A stretch of 64,000 nucleotides of DNA from Convolutriloba macropyga (taxonomy: Eukaryota), in contig NC_134480.1 of NCBI RefSeq assembly GCF_964194025.1, positions 8,866,001 through 8,930,000 of the forward strand, in the 5' to 3' direction. The position numbers and the translations under genes were made by a program. Position 1 is the stretch's first letter; each line of letters begins with the position of its first letter. The notes beneath the pieces are model-generated. The model had not been told where the DNA came from. It saw only the letters and a program-made list of their open reading frames with translations, and made no database searches. Shown one piece after another: positions 1 to 12,899 of this stretch.

Positions 1-3000
1 CAACTTCACAAAAAGTTCCGAATAAAACTTTCAACACAAAACGATCTTGCGAGAAGTGCAAACAAGAACACAGCATTGCCACTTGCCCTGAGTATTAGTT
101 GTGCTCACCAGGTGATCGATACAAACTTGTCAGCCAAAGCAATTTGTTTACAAATTGCTTGAGCAACAAACACCACAAACAATCGTGCCCATCGCAAAAA
201 CGATGTCAGGTTTGCAGTGGATTCCACCACACAATTCTTCATGATCCTGCCAATCAAATCAAACGCCCTACAGCAGCCTTTTCTACTGAAGTTGTTTCTG
301 GTAGCAATCCAACAGCTTCTTCTAGTAGTAACGATTCAAGTCAAAATCCAAATACATCTTCTCAACAGAGAAGTCGAACAAACAAAGCCCCCAACAGCCG
401 TTATGGCCAAACTTTCAACAACCAACGCCATCAAAACGTGCAATGACGTAATTTAAACGGCAATGCAATTAACCAATCGTTCAGCATTAACCAGTGCTCA
501 GAAACACCGAAAAATTGGTATGAGCAATTGCAGCTTATTCCGGTTTCATTCCTCAAGGGGGATAAAGCATTCGATACCTACGCCCTCATAGATCCCGGTA
601 GCCAATTCAGCTTTGTATTGGACGCCATAGCTGAATTTCTTGAGCTTCCCTGTGAAACTCAACAGTCAGTACCACTGCAATTTCTCAATACAGAGAACAG
701 CATGTCCCTCTCAAAAATTGTTGAGCCAGTCACAATAACTCCATATAAATCAACTGAAATATCGTTTGAACTCTCTCGAACGTTCAGCACCCCGTCCCTG
801 AACGTCGCAGCTGCAAAAATTTTTGAACTTAATCAAATTTGTGATGCCTTCAACAGTTTGCGCCACATACATTTCCCAAATATTGCCGATGGCAAAATCG
901 GCGCCCTCCTCGGTTTTAATGCATTCGCATTCACCTACCCTACACATGTTATACCTGGCAATCAAAGTCAACCGTTTGGTGTGAAAATTAAACTTGTTTG
1001 GACCCTCGCCAGTGAATATGAGAACCGTATCTCAGCAAACACTCAGCAGCCCGCAAGCCAGCAGTAGAAGAAATTTATTTTCCATGTGTCAAGAAACAGA
1101 ACAGATGAACCTGGACTTGACGAACTTGTTCAACAGTTCTGGAGTACTGAAGCAGATGGCATTCAGAAGGACCGTGAACAACTTTACACAAAACAAGAAT
1201 TGCAGTTTCTTGATATTTTGAAGAACTCTATCAATCACAATGGTGAGAGATATGAAATCAAAATGTCCTGGAAATCAGAAATAAAGTTGGAAAACAACTT
1301 CTATTCTGCACTGAACCAAGTCAAAAGCCTCAACACACGCCTTCAGCGTAAACCTTTGTTGCAAGAAAAATACAATAAGATTCTCTAGACAGACTTTGAG
1401 AAGAACTATGTCAAACCGGTGGAAATGCAAGATACTCAACCAGACAGAATTTGGTACCTGCCACACCATCCTGTGGAAAATATCAACAAGCCAGGAAAAA
1501 TCCGCCGAGTTGCAAATGCCGCTTCAAAATTCCGCGGACAATCACTTAATTCAAACCTTCTTACAGGACCCGATCTCCTTAATAACCTTTTAGGTGTCCT
1601 GATGAGATTTCGAGAACATCCCGTTGCAGTCCTTGCGGACATCGAAGGCATGTTTATGCAAATCGCCATCCAACAGATTGATCAATCTGCTCTTCGATTT
1701 CTCTGGTTAGCAGACAATCAGATACAACAATACCAATTTACCAGACTCAAATTTGGAGCAAATTGCTCGCCTTCGTGCGCAATATACGTTCTTAACCATT
1801 GTGCCAAAGAGAACATTCAACATTTCCCAGAGGCCCTCAAAGCCGTCAGAAAGCACTTTTACATGGATGACTACATCCAATCACATTCAACAGGAAAAGA
1901 CGCTTGTAAGGCAGTTCTTGAAACAAAACATTGTCTAAAAACAGGTGGGTTTCGACTCACAAAATTTGTTTCAAACAGCTCTATAGTCCTAAACCAAATC
2001 CCTCCAGAAGACAAAGACAACCAGACAGATATTGTTGAGTTCTTGGTGTTATATAGAATCTCGAGAAAGACTGCTTTCTTATGAAACCTCTCACTTATTT
2101 CCCAAAAGATGCCTTAGCGTACACTCAACGTAAGATCTTTAGTCTTGTCTCCTCGATCTTCGACCCAATAGGGATAATGTCGCCATCAACGATCCGTTTC
2201 AAAAAAGTTCTTCAAAAACTGCGGAAACTTGGGAAAAAATGGGATGAACAAATTGCCCCTCAAGTAGTTAAACCACTTCAAAAGAATCTGGACTTATACT
2301 TTTCTTCACCAGAAGTGACATTGAACAGAACTCTCAATAAGAGTTGCCATTCACCAGAAAGTGAAAATGAAATTAATGTATGTGTCGACGCCTCAGCTGT
2401 AGCAGTTGCAGCCGTTGCATACTTGAAAACAGTTCCTAACTCAGCCACTGATGTTGAAACTTGTTACTTAATAGACAAATGCAAAGTTGCTCCAATTAAA
2501 CAAATCAGCATACCCAAATTAGAGTTGGGAGCCGCAGTTATCGGAGTGCGCATCCTTTCAACCATCATGAAAGAGTCATCGTTTCACATTACTCGTTCTA
2601 CACTCTGGACATATAGTCAAGTAGTACTTGACTGGTTATCCACAACCAAGAAAAAACCTGTTTTTGTTGCAAATCGCCTCAAAGAACTCCTTGCATCAAC
2701 TGATGCTTACCAATGGAAACACGTTACCACCAAAGAAAATCCAGCTGACCACGGGACCCGTGGTCTCAATCCAGACGAAATACCAACCAAGTGGCTAGCA
2801 GCGCCAGCAATTTTTTCCACAAGACAGCTCAGTGCTCCTGAAAACTCTCCAAAGCATGTGTTAGCAACGCATGAAATTTCACGCAATTTGTCGGAGCAAA
2901 TAATAGACCCGACACTGTTCTCAACTTGGAACAAATTGCTCCTGACTTTAGCAACAGTCTTCAATTTGGTCTTTCGGATTAGAAAACAAAGGCCTAAAGA

Positions 3001-4368
3001 TCAGCAGTATATAACAGAAGACGTCATTCTTGCAAGAAATCGGCTGCTCAAAATGTCGCAGCAAAATTTCTTCTCAACAATCCAAGCCCTGAAATGTGGT
3101 TCCAGGATACTTTCAAAGAGCAAAATCCGTTCGCTCAACCCAATATTGGACAACAATGAAATGCTTCGGTCATGCGGAAGATTGCAATTTGCGCCAAATA
3201 ACCTCGAAGTCGAGAAATTTCCGATTATACTTCACGCAAGAGACAAGATAGCAAGACTCTATATAGAGCATGCACACAACATTTGCGTTCACCAAGAAAC
3301 AGAGCCAGTGAAAGCTTTTGTGCAGCAAGGATACCACATCATTGGCCTCAGGAAAACACTTTTGAGTATAAAGTACCGATGTTTTCTCTGCAGACGATTT
3401 GCCGCTCAAAACATTCAACCTGTCATGGCTCCCCTTCCTGCCGTTTTCCGATAGACTCTACTCAGTATCCTTTCGCGAACAGCGGAATCGACTTTTTTGG
3501 ACCCTTTTATATAGAAGATGCCAAAGGACAGATTGAGAAACAATACGGCCTCATCTTCACCTGCCTGGTTACTAGGTGTGTCCATCTAGAAGCTTGTCCC
3601 GATCTCAACACTGACACTTTTCTAAACGCTTATCGACGTTTTGTAAGCTGCAGATGTCAGCCAACAACAATGCTCAGTGACAATGGCAAGACATTTATTG
3701 GTGCATCTGAGGAACTAAAAAGATCTGTGAAACGTCTCGACAACGACAAAATCTACAAAGCAATGGCAGCAACGAACACAACCTGGAAGTTCAATCCTCC
3801 CTATGGACCTCATTTTGGCGGTATTTGGTAGCGCTTGATCCAGACCGCGAAACGCACTCTATTGATCATTCTAGGCTCCAGAAGATTGTCGCTTGATGTG
3901 TTCAGGACAATTCTGGTCCAGACCGAAGCTATATTGAACTCCAGACCACTAACAATTGTCGCTGACCTTCCGGAAAATGAAATGCCTCTCACGCCAAACC
4001 GTTTTCTGATCAATAGACCGTTCAATTCTCTCCCACCAGGAAAGTTCGTCAGCCAAGAACCCGCCAGTTTCAAGTCTTGGAAGAATGTGCAGCAAATGGT
4101 CAACCATTTCTGGAAACGACTTGTCAAGGAGTATCTTCCGACACTGTTAAAGAGGTCCAAATGGAGCGATAGTGGCCAAACACCACTGAGAGTCAACGAC
4201 ATTGTTTGGATTCTGAAAGATATGACTCCTCGTGGAATTTGGCCCCTTGGACGTGTTCTCGAAGTCTACCGTGGACGAGATGGACAACACCGTGTGGTGA
4301 AGGTGAAAACGGCTTACGGCACGTACGTTTGCCCGGTCTCCGCGCTCGCACGCGTTTTGGCTGATTAG
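1..4368 (+). pseudogene. Disrupted gag-pol polyprotein of the first BEL/Pao element
   Basis: ORFs 99-446, 528-1067, 1086-1388, 1419-2084, 2081-3454, 3283-3831 and 3835-4368 are consecutive pieces of one polyprotein. Confidence 0.9.
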
Positions 4369-4487
4369 CCCGTTTTTTCTTGACTTTTTTCCGAAACGGT
4401 TCTCTAGGCAACTTGAGTTACACCCTCTTTGACGATCTGGTCAACCGTCTGTGATGAGTTAGTTGGCCTCCTCTTTCCCCAGGAGCA

Positions 4488-4727
4488 TGTCGTGCAACAA
4501 TCAAGTCAGAAGTGAAACTCGAAAAAACATTGACTTTGTCCTTATCGCAACCAAAACGAGTTGGTTGTTCCCGCAACTTAAAACTGAAAAAAACTTAACA
4601 AACTTTCTAGAACAATGTAATTGAATCCTTATCTATATTCTCTTACAACGACAAATTCTTACGCTCCGCAGTTTCGCCTCTTGAAACCAAAACTTCAGCA
4701 ATACTGTCACGTGCGGTGCCAGCTACA
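4488..4727 (+). repeat. Putative 3' LTR of the first BEL/Pao element
   Basis: Purine tract AGGAGCA followed by TGT at 4488, 120 nt after the pol stop. Candidate ACA end near 4727. There is no partner LTR in the window to confirm it. Confidence 0.4.
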
Positions 4728-7442
4728 TTCAAAACATTGAAATCTTTGAACGAATTTGCTCATTTGGATCAAAATTTATCCGAAACTCGGCTTATTTTCG
4801 TTATGTTCGCAGGTCATGTTGCTACGGTGTTCATCTTAAATTGCATAGACAAAAATTGAATAACGCTTCAAAGCTTATTAAAAAAACAATTGCCATCACA
4901 ACAGAAAACTGTCATCATAACTCATAATTATACAAGCACGTGCTTCATTGTCATGTTTCATTGACACGTCTGGTTGTTGCTTATAAGCCACAAACATACA
5001 ACGGTTCAAACCCAACTTATTTGCATCGACCTTTAAAAATCGAACGGGAAACGTTGTAGAGCGTGTTTACAATGACAATGTAATTTTTGAAGAAAATGGA
5101 CGAAATCGACACTCTTTCACACTTTTTCAACTCAAGAATTGTTACATTGAAGACGCATCCTTAACATACAGAAGAGGAAACCAGTTAACAAGAACAGAAA
5201 ACTTAGTATTAATTTCAATCCGATAAGTCTAAATGTCAGCATTAACAAAAACATGATTAAAAGAGCTGAAATTTTTATTTTTCAAGCTAGGCTTTTTTGT
5301 GTAGTCTAAGAAAAGTGAAGCCTTCATTGGAATCCTTTTCAATTTCATCAGGCTTTCGGGTCATTTTCAAAGTTCAGACCAATATTTTTTAATAGAAATG
5401 CCTTCGCGCAATGGGTTGATAAGAGACCCGAAAACGATTGTTGGGAACCGCAAGCTGTTCCCGTCTTTTCGTTTTCCAAACCTTCATACAATTCCCTTTT
5501 CACAGACGTCGAAAAATCAATGTTGGGTAACCACTTTTATCTATCTCAATAAGAAAATTTCTTTCAAGAGCATTTGTGAAAAACTGAAACAAAAAGGAAA
5601 TTTAAGAAAGGTAATGAGAGAACAGAAAAAAAATAGAAAATAGCAAAAAAGATAGAATACTATTGGGCTGTGAATATATTTATAGTATTTGAAGCCCTAA
5701 AAACGCAGATTTCCAAAGACAAAACAATTTTTGCTAAGAAAACATCTCCGCCTAAAACAATGATGACCAAACTTTTCAGTGCACCCTATAAAAGATTCGG
5801 TATTCTAAGTTTTTAAACTTCTCCTGCGTTTTTTTTTTCATTTCTTTATCAATATAAATTACTGGTCGATTTATTTAAAATGTCTCAAACGAAATGGACG
5901 GCGGATGTACAGGAAAATTTTCATGATATAATGTGAGAATTCATTCAAATCTTTGAAGATCGAAATTGAAGTTACCGTATTTGTATGCCAGTTAGAGACA
6001 GGAAAAAAACGCAAAGGTTTCGAAGTCGGAATCGAAAAATACATAGAGGAGACCCGGAGCCAAGAAAAACCAGTCTAAATGACAATATTGTTTCGTAGTA
6101 TCGAGTTAAGTAGTGTTGGTCTTATTGAAGATTTTATCGAAAATAATTTTTGGATGTTTTAACTAAGATAACTTTAGATTTTACCCAGTTTTTACATTTT
6201 TTTCAAAAAATTAGCTCTGTTAGTGTCCCGTGCTTTATTGAATAAAGTTTGCTGGAACACTTTTGATATTCACCTCATTAGTTAATTGAATTAGATAGTA
6301 ACTCAGGACTTGTCCTGTTATGTTTATTAATTTTGAGTTAGTTTTTAAGCTTTCATTAGTTTTACAGCGACCTCAGAAAAATTTAAATCAAAATCTGTTC
6401 GTTTGATTACGGAAGTCGGAATCGAAGCTTTTGTTAACACACACGCGTCCTTACATATAGACAACCACTTCAAAGATCAAAAATCTCGCAGTTTTACAAT
6501 CTTGGGTCGTGCGCTATGAAATAGGGCAATTTGGATTGTAAATATTCCATAGCCAAATAAACTATGCACGCCATTTCCTTTCTATTCTTGAGTTTGTGAC
6601 AATTAGTCACATCCAACGTGATCAAAATGATTCGTAACGTCTAACTCTATTAAGACAGCTGACAGCAGTTGTCTTTCGGTTGCTACTATTGCAGATTCTT
6701 GATTAGCAATGATATTTGGTTAGGATGCCGTATTTCTTCAGACTGATTCTACCACACATGAAATGTTGGTCCATACAAACATAGATTTCTGTTTGGCAGA
6801 ATTTAGACTTCAAAACTGAAAAGATTGAAAAACAGAACTACCTATTTTTCATCTCAAATAATTCGCTATCGCAGTAAATGTCAACATCTATTTTCAGCTG
6901 CAGTTTACGTTTACTGATCGAGTCAAGCAGTACCTTCATTTGGAAAAAAAAAGATAGGTCGTTCGGGTTGTAATTGGTTCGAATAAATCTACTTTACAAT
7001 ATTCATTATTTACATAATTTACATCACATTTCTATCACACACAGAGACAACAAACACACACGCATTACTGCATGGCGGATGGAGGAGGAGAATTAAGGCA
7101 CAATAAGATGACAAAATAGTAGCGAGAGAGGCAAGAGGAGGAAATTAAACTAGCAAGTAGAGGTAAAAGGGGGTACTTTTGATGGTAAATCCAGTCTATT
7201 CTGTCTACAGAGAACAAAAGAAACAACAAACTCACTAAGGCAACAAAAAGGTAAAGCGATCGAAGGCCGTGCTAGGCCGTTGCGGGCGTGGGAGGGGGAG
7301 TATATAATTCAGTGTTGTGTTTGTTAGTATGAATTTTCTAGTAATTGTTCTGGTTGGTAAGCAAGGGGCTGGAAATAGGTACCATAAAGAACCTTCACAG
7401 CGGTGAGAAAGTGTGGGAAGGGAAAGGAGGTACGTGAGAGGC

Positions 7443-7463
7443 GGGGGGGGGGGGGGGGGGGGG
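7443..7463 (+). repeat. Poly-G run (21 nt) closing a purine-rich tract
   Basis: Direct reading of the sequence. Confidence 0.9.
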
Positions 7464-8399
7464 TGCGTTTTCTAGTAGGAGTAAAATGTTTTTGGTCTTT
7501 ATGAAGAGTATACGAATTGATATTCGTGAATGGCGGCTTAGAAAGGCTTTAGAACAATCAATAATTTGCACAATTGTAGCGGAACAATATTTTTCAGTCA
7601 AAACGAAGAGTGAAAAAGAAAACGAAATTCACATCATAAACATGATTTACAAAAATAGGAAAAAGAACAATTGTAAGACTAGATTTAGCTTTGCTATTCG
7701 AGCGGTAAGCTATAAAATTGCGTATTTCATACAAACGTAACTGCAAACAAACAATTCAGAAATAAAAGAGAAACCAAAATAAACAAATCAATGCCATTAA
7801 ACTGGAAGAATATTCTATTACTAAGTAGATAATGCAAATCAATCTTGATTATTATCACTATTTTAATTCATTTTAAATGAAAATTGTAGTAAAACAAACT
7901 TCTGAGCAGATAAAAGATAGAAAAATAGATCAATAACTCCATCTGAAAAGACAATCTAATTAAAAACATCAATGAAGAAACTGAAATCAAAGTCAATTAA
8001 TGAGAAATCTTCCCTCGAATTTTTCGTATGTGTTTGTTTAGCTTAACACTAGCAAATAAACAAGTTTTGAAGTACTTTTTTTTCGAATTTTCAAGATTTG
8101 CAGCCCGCAGATTGCTCAATTTCTAGACTTCATTCATCCAGTTGTCCAGCTTTGAGCTAGACAAATTTTTTTTGGCAAATTAACATTTTTCCACAAACAG
8201 AAATTCCGGTCCCCATTTTCTACATATAAAAGTCGAAGGAAACAGAAGCTTAGACCTCTCATAGGAATGGTTTCCTTTTCCCAATGTAGTATTGTGTAAG
8301 TTAGGTGTAATGAATATATTCACCTCTTATTGGTTACAGGAACCAACAGCTAATGAAAACGTTTTTTTCCTTTGTCCGGGAAAAGGAAACATTGCCCCG

Positions 8400-8584
8400 C
8401 CCGGGTTGACAATTATCATACAAGGGTCTTAGTTACCATACAAGAATAGCTATGATACGTCATATGTTTATTTTTTGCAAGATCTTTGTATGGTTACCAG
8501 ATCATACATAACCCTGTAATCTTATCAAGTCATATATTATGACCTTATAAGATCACCAGAATTCTGTATGATCGCCAACACGGG
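8400..8584. mobile_element. MITE with CCCGGGTTG-type terminal inverted repeats
   Basis: Left end CCCGGGTTGACAATTATCATAC and right end GTATGATCGCCAACACGGG followed by TA. Internal CATACAAG/ATCATA motifs are shared with the element at 46448-47934. Confidence 0.7.
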
Positions 8585-8594
8585 TATACTACGT

Positions 8595-8897
8595 TTATTG
8601 AGAGTTTTGCGAATGTTTCGAAAGCGCGTTGATGAAGTGTGGCAGAAGAGAGACTTTCTCCCTCACGTCCGCAGGCAGACGACTGTTGAAACTGTACTTA
8701 ACCGTTGTTGTCGAGGAGCGATGCGGGTGACCCAGGGACCCCGAGGGCTGGGATGATAGCGATGACGTCATCGAGAAGTGGGAGGAGTTTGGTTCGATGA
8801 CAATTTGAGTGGCGTCGCGGAAGCTCACAATTGTTCCCAGTTGATCGTCTTGCGAGACGTGGCCCAGAAAAGAGCCAGATTCACTGATGACTTCGAT
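8595..8897 (-). CDS. PLK4: PLK4 last coding exon (polo-box 3)
   Basis: Acceptor ttttag ends at 8898, phase 0. Encodes IEVISESGSFLGHVSQDDQLGTIVSFRDATQIVI...KYSFNSRLPADVREKVSLLPHFI, which resembles PLK4 PB3 (G-x-x-x-Q...V-x-F-x-D-G-S-Q-L...LP-x-x-I-K-x-K-L). TAA stop at 8595-8597. Confidence 0.88.
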   Translation of the reverse strand: MEVISESGSFLGHVSQDDQLGTIVSFRDATQIVIEPNSSHFSMTSSLSSQPSGSLGHPHRSSTTTVKYSFNSRLPADVREKVSLLPHFINALSKHSQNSQ

Positions 8898-9572
8898 CTA
8901 AAACCAATTAATGACTCATTCTTTGAAGGATTCGAATTTTATATTAGCTTAAAACGAATAGATGCTATATAAACTTATAATTACAGATCAACGATAACAA
9001 GCGCTCGCTTCGTGAAATCCGCTTTTGTTTCAAATGTCACCCAATGATGTTGCAAATTTAGGTTACTTGACTCTAATTTCACCGAGAAAATCTGGTATTA
9101 ATCGAGAACTGCGTGGTGATTCGAGATAGCCAGAATTTCAAAGTGACTTTAGCAGAGTCACGTAACCTCGATTGAACGCATTTCGCAACTTCAAAAAAGA
9201 TGGCAGTTTTAATATCTGGTACTGTATAGGGAAATCTGGCAATCTAGAGTCTGGAACTGCAGAGATCTGGACTTTAAAACTTGCAGTGCGTGTTTTAACT
9301 TAACATGCGCTGCACGCGCTTCATAAGCTGATATTTATATGCTTTAAGTAAGGGAAAAGCAATGTTTTTCAAAATCAATGTTTGCTTTGAAATGGTATGT
9401 TTCCGTTTTAGCCGTGAAATACTTTATACGGTTTTTGTCTCTTAAGTGATGGGCTGAACGTTTGCTTTAAATTGATTGATTTAAAAGTTCGCTTTGAAAT
9501 TATTGACCTGAACAATAGCTTTTCGCTGTAAATTTTCGCTGTAGCAATAAATTTTCACTGATTAGAACTCAC

Positions 9573-12461
9573 TTCAACTGGTCCTGGATTGACACCTGGG
9601 TTTGATTGGACAACTGATGATGCTGAAGATGCTGCACGTTGAGGAGCAGGATGGGCAGATGATGACCTCTGTTGCTTCTGCTGTTCCTGATGACGATGAA
9701 CTTGACCTCTCTTCTGACCTGATGAATAAATCTGTTGCTGAGGCTGTGGGGGCTGCTTAGCCGGAGTTGCTTGACCAGCGCTGACTAAAGGCGATGATGC
9801 AGCCAGGTGATTTGATTGAATGGGTGACATATTAATACCTATTGTTGATGACAGTCTTTCATTCACAGATTGGCGATCTGTATCACACGTTGTTGACAGG
9901 GAATTATTGGACCCGTTTAGGAACCCATTTTGCCCACCGCGATCGGAACTTCCATTTTTTGAAGTCAAAGAAACTAAGGCTGTTGATGACAAACTTATAG
10001 GGCCGAAACTAGCGGTTGAGAATTCGCCTCCCGTCATTGTAATCTGACTTTGGGCGTTTGAGCTGGGAGTCGAGCTTGGACTAATTGAAGACATTCGTTT
10101 GCCGACTGTTATCGGAAACAGCGATTCGTGATAATCGGTTGATAAAGTTTCCTCTAAATCTTTGATCCCCTTTTCCACTTTCTCGCAATAGCTAAACGCC
10201 TTTGAAGCGTGAACAAACAATTCCTTCACATTTGTATCATGATACGAATAAATTTGCTCCGAATTGTCAAAAACGTGGTTCTCTCCTAAGGAATCGACAA
10301 CTTTGATTCCATCTTTACTTTTCCTAACTTTAGCGTTACTGCTTCTATACACTGCTTCGCAATCGTGGTTCGGGGCGTTGTCCATTAACATAAATTTCCC
10401 CGAACTGTTATACAGGGTTACCTTCGGGGTATTCGATCTGATTATTTGGACGAATCTTGCCGCGTACTGGTACCGCTTCCAGTGTTTGGCTGGCAAATTG
10501 TGGTACGTAAACGCTTTGCTGTTATCACATGCGAGATTGTTTTTATTCGATTTGACCGAAGGTTCAACTAGGCTAATTTTCATGCCATCAGACGAAATGC
10601 TCAGAGCTGTCAAAACTTTCTCTTTTTTCGACGTCGTTTTGGAGAACTCCAACAAAACAGTGCAATCTTCTAAAATTGATATGGTCGCATTTTTTGTAAC
10701 CTGTTTTATAGGTTTTAACCTGCTTGAATCTAAAGGCGGGGTTAGCATACACAACGAAGTTTCGGTTTTGCTTTCTTTGTCTCGATCTCGTGACTTTTGG
10801 CTACTTGATATCGGCGCGGTTGGAGGAAGTCTGGAACAACTACTTTCTGAGAACTGTTCTGAGTTCTGTCGAGAACTACCGCGTGAAAAACTTCGATCAT
10901 TGCCAGATTTTGAGCTCTTTTGACCTCCGTTCACAGCCGAGCTGCGTTTCTTAGAGGGACACTCGACCGAGTTGGTGCGTGATTTGACAACGTTCTCAGA
11001 CTTCTCCGAGACCATGGAATTTTCCATCGAGCGACTGCGATGGTACTGGCGATTACGCAACATATCGTCATCATTTGTGTGAACAATTCCTGAGCCATTA
11101 GATGGATGTTTTGGCGGCAAGTCTTCGGTAGAATTTGAGGTATGTTTTGAGATCATAGGAGCTTCCGGGTAAATTGATGAACTTCTCTGAGACGAATTTT
11201 TGAAATTCGCACTAGAGTCCACGGTTCCGTTTCTGCCCATTGTATAATTCCCGCTATCATTCGACATGTCCTGCGATTTACTCGTAGGTATCGCATTGAC
11301 TGTCATAAGCTGTGATTGCTTCATAAACGGATGATCCAAAATCTCGAACAGTTTCAATCTTTGGGCAGGATTTTTCTTCAAAAGCGAGTGAATCAAATCT
11401 TGAGCATTGGCTGATAAATGATGCGGAATTTCGAACTGGGCATTCACAACTTTTGTCAAGGTAGATTTGATATTTTCAGTATCGAAAGGTGGTCGACCAA
11501 CTAGAAACGTGTAAAGCATGGAACCTAAACTCCAAACGTCAGTTTCAAAACTGTGCGCGTTTCTAGACGCGATTTCAGGTGAAATGAAATTAGGCGTACC
11601 GCACATTGTGAAATGTTGTTGTTTGACATCCGTCATTCTAGTAGCGAGACCGAAGTCCGATATTTTTATATGATCTGAATGGGTTAGTAACAAGTTAGCT
11701 AAGCTCAAATCCCGATGTATAATTCCATGCGAATGAAGGTACACCACGCCTTCTATAACTTCTCGAAACAATTTCTGAGCTTCAAATTCTGTGAAAATTT
11801 TTTGGTTCGCACGCATGTAAGTATACAATTCTCCCTTAGCGCATAGCTCCATAACCATGTACACGTAATGTTTGTCTTCAAAATAGGTGTATAGCTCAAC
11901 AATTGACGGGTGCTTAAGTTGACAATGAATTTCGGCTTCATTCTTCACCCGTCCAGCCATATTTGCAGATTTCATCAACTTTTTATCAATCATTTTGATT
12001 GCAACGTATTGTCCAGTTTTATTCGACAGCGCTCTATAAACGCAAGCAAAGCCGCCTTTACCCAGCAAGTCTAACACCTCATAATTCCCAATTTTCTCAT
12101 CATTGCTTTTGGGTTCCCGACTTCTGTGCTCTTTGGAACTTCCACGCGAGGACGGGCGACCTTGACCGTCAACCGAGGACCCGTTATTCATCGTATGGTT
12201 CTGCTTTGATTGCAGTTCACAGCTCCCGTCGTATTGGGGTTGCATAATGTGAGGTTGTTGGTAATGATTCGGGTTATAGGGTGCAAGTGGTCCGTTAGAA
12301 ACCGGCGGAGGGAATAAGTAATTATTTGTGTTGGTTGAAGTGAATGATGTCTCAATGCTTCCATTGGAATTGCTGTCACTGCTGACGTTACAAGGTCTGT
12401 TCCTTCCAAGGTTATTGTTGTTAGTGTTGCTGTTGTTAGAGACAGCAATAGAGCCTAGCAT
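9573..12461 (-). CDS. PLK4: PLK4/SAK main coding exon (kinase domain, DSG degron, cryptic polo boxes 1-2)
   Basis: Kinase motifs [47 protein letters not shown] degron. Cryptic polo box signatures [51 protein letters not shown]. First ATG at 12461 with an in-frame TGA at 12471-12473. Donor GAA|GTGAGT at 9572, phase 0, joins the exon at 8897. Confidence 0.95.
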
Positions 12462-12899
12462 CACCACATTTCAACAAATGTCACGTCATCTGAGAATCTA
12501 AAAACAGGCAAATTAACTCGATATAACCAAGTCTTGCATGACAGGTAAGATGTGATCATTCGTGCTTAATCGGCCTACTGAGACGGCAATAAGATATTAT
12601 CAATGACAAAGTTGGCACAAAGGGTAGCTAGGTGACGGCAGGGGTACAGCCGATGTCCCGCAAAGAACAAATACCCCTAACCCCTCAAAACAAGGTTACA
12701 GTGCTGATGGAGTGCCCATTCCTGATTGAGTGCCCATTCCTGAAGTGGCCCAGTTCGAAATGCCCTGAAACTGCGTAGACTTGCTAGTGCATGTAATGAG
12801 CGACATCACATAGAAGATTTACCGATACCAGACACGAAGACGACAGTTCATAACGTCCTAAACGCCTTATAATTCGGCACTTAAAAGTTGTCTGATACC

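Larger units (their letters stand above)
1..4727 (+). mobile_element. BEL/Pao LTR retrotransposon, degenerate, 5' part outside the window
   Basis: Domain order is Gag Cys/His knuckles (CEKCKQEHSIATC; NCLSNKHHKQSC; CQVCSGFHHTILH), protease (YALIDPGS), RT (WYLPHHPV, ADIEGMF, YMDD), Pao RNase H (VDAS, IPKLEL, NPAD) and integrase (GIDFFGP, SDNG, PHFGGIW, WPLGRV). Several stops and frameshifts. The 3' end is approximate. Confidence 0.95.

Noticed and set aside
9555-9572. PLK4 ending at the ORF-track stop (VSSNQ*)
   Set aside because: A GTGAGT donor at 9572 and an in-phase PB3 exon at 8897 give the complete protein.
9820-10954. Plus-strand ORFs of 75-219 aa
   Set aside because: Antisense shadows of the PLK4 exon with no recognisable motifs.
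12462-12499. Spliced-leader trans-splicing or operon linking the BRICHOS gene and PLK4
   Set aside because: Both genes have acceptors just before the ATG, but ordinary 5' UTR introns explain this equally well, and the genes are 5.7 kb apart with TE debris between them.
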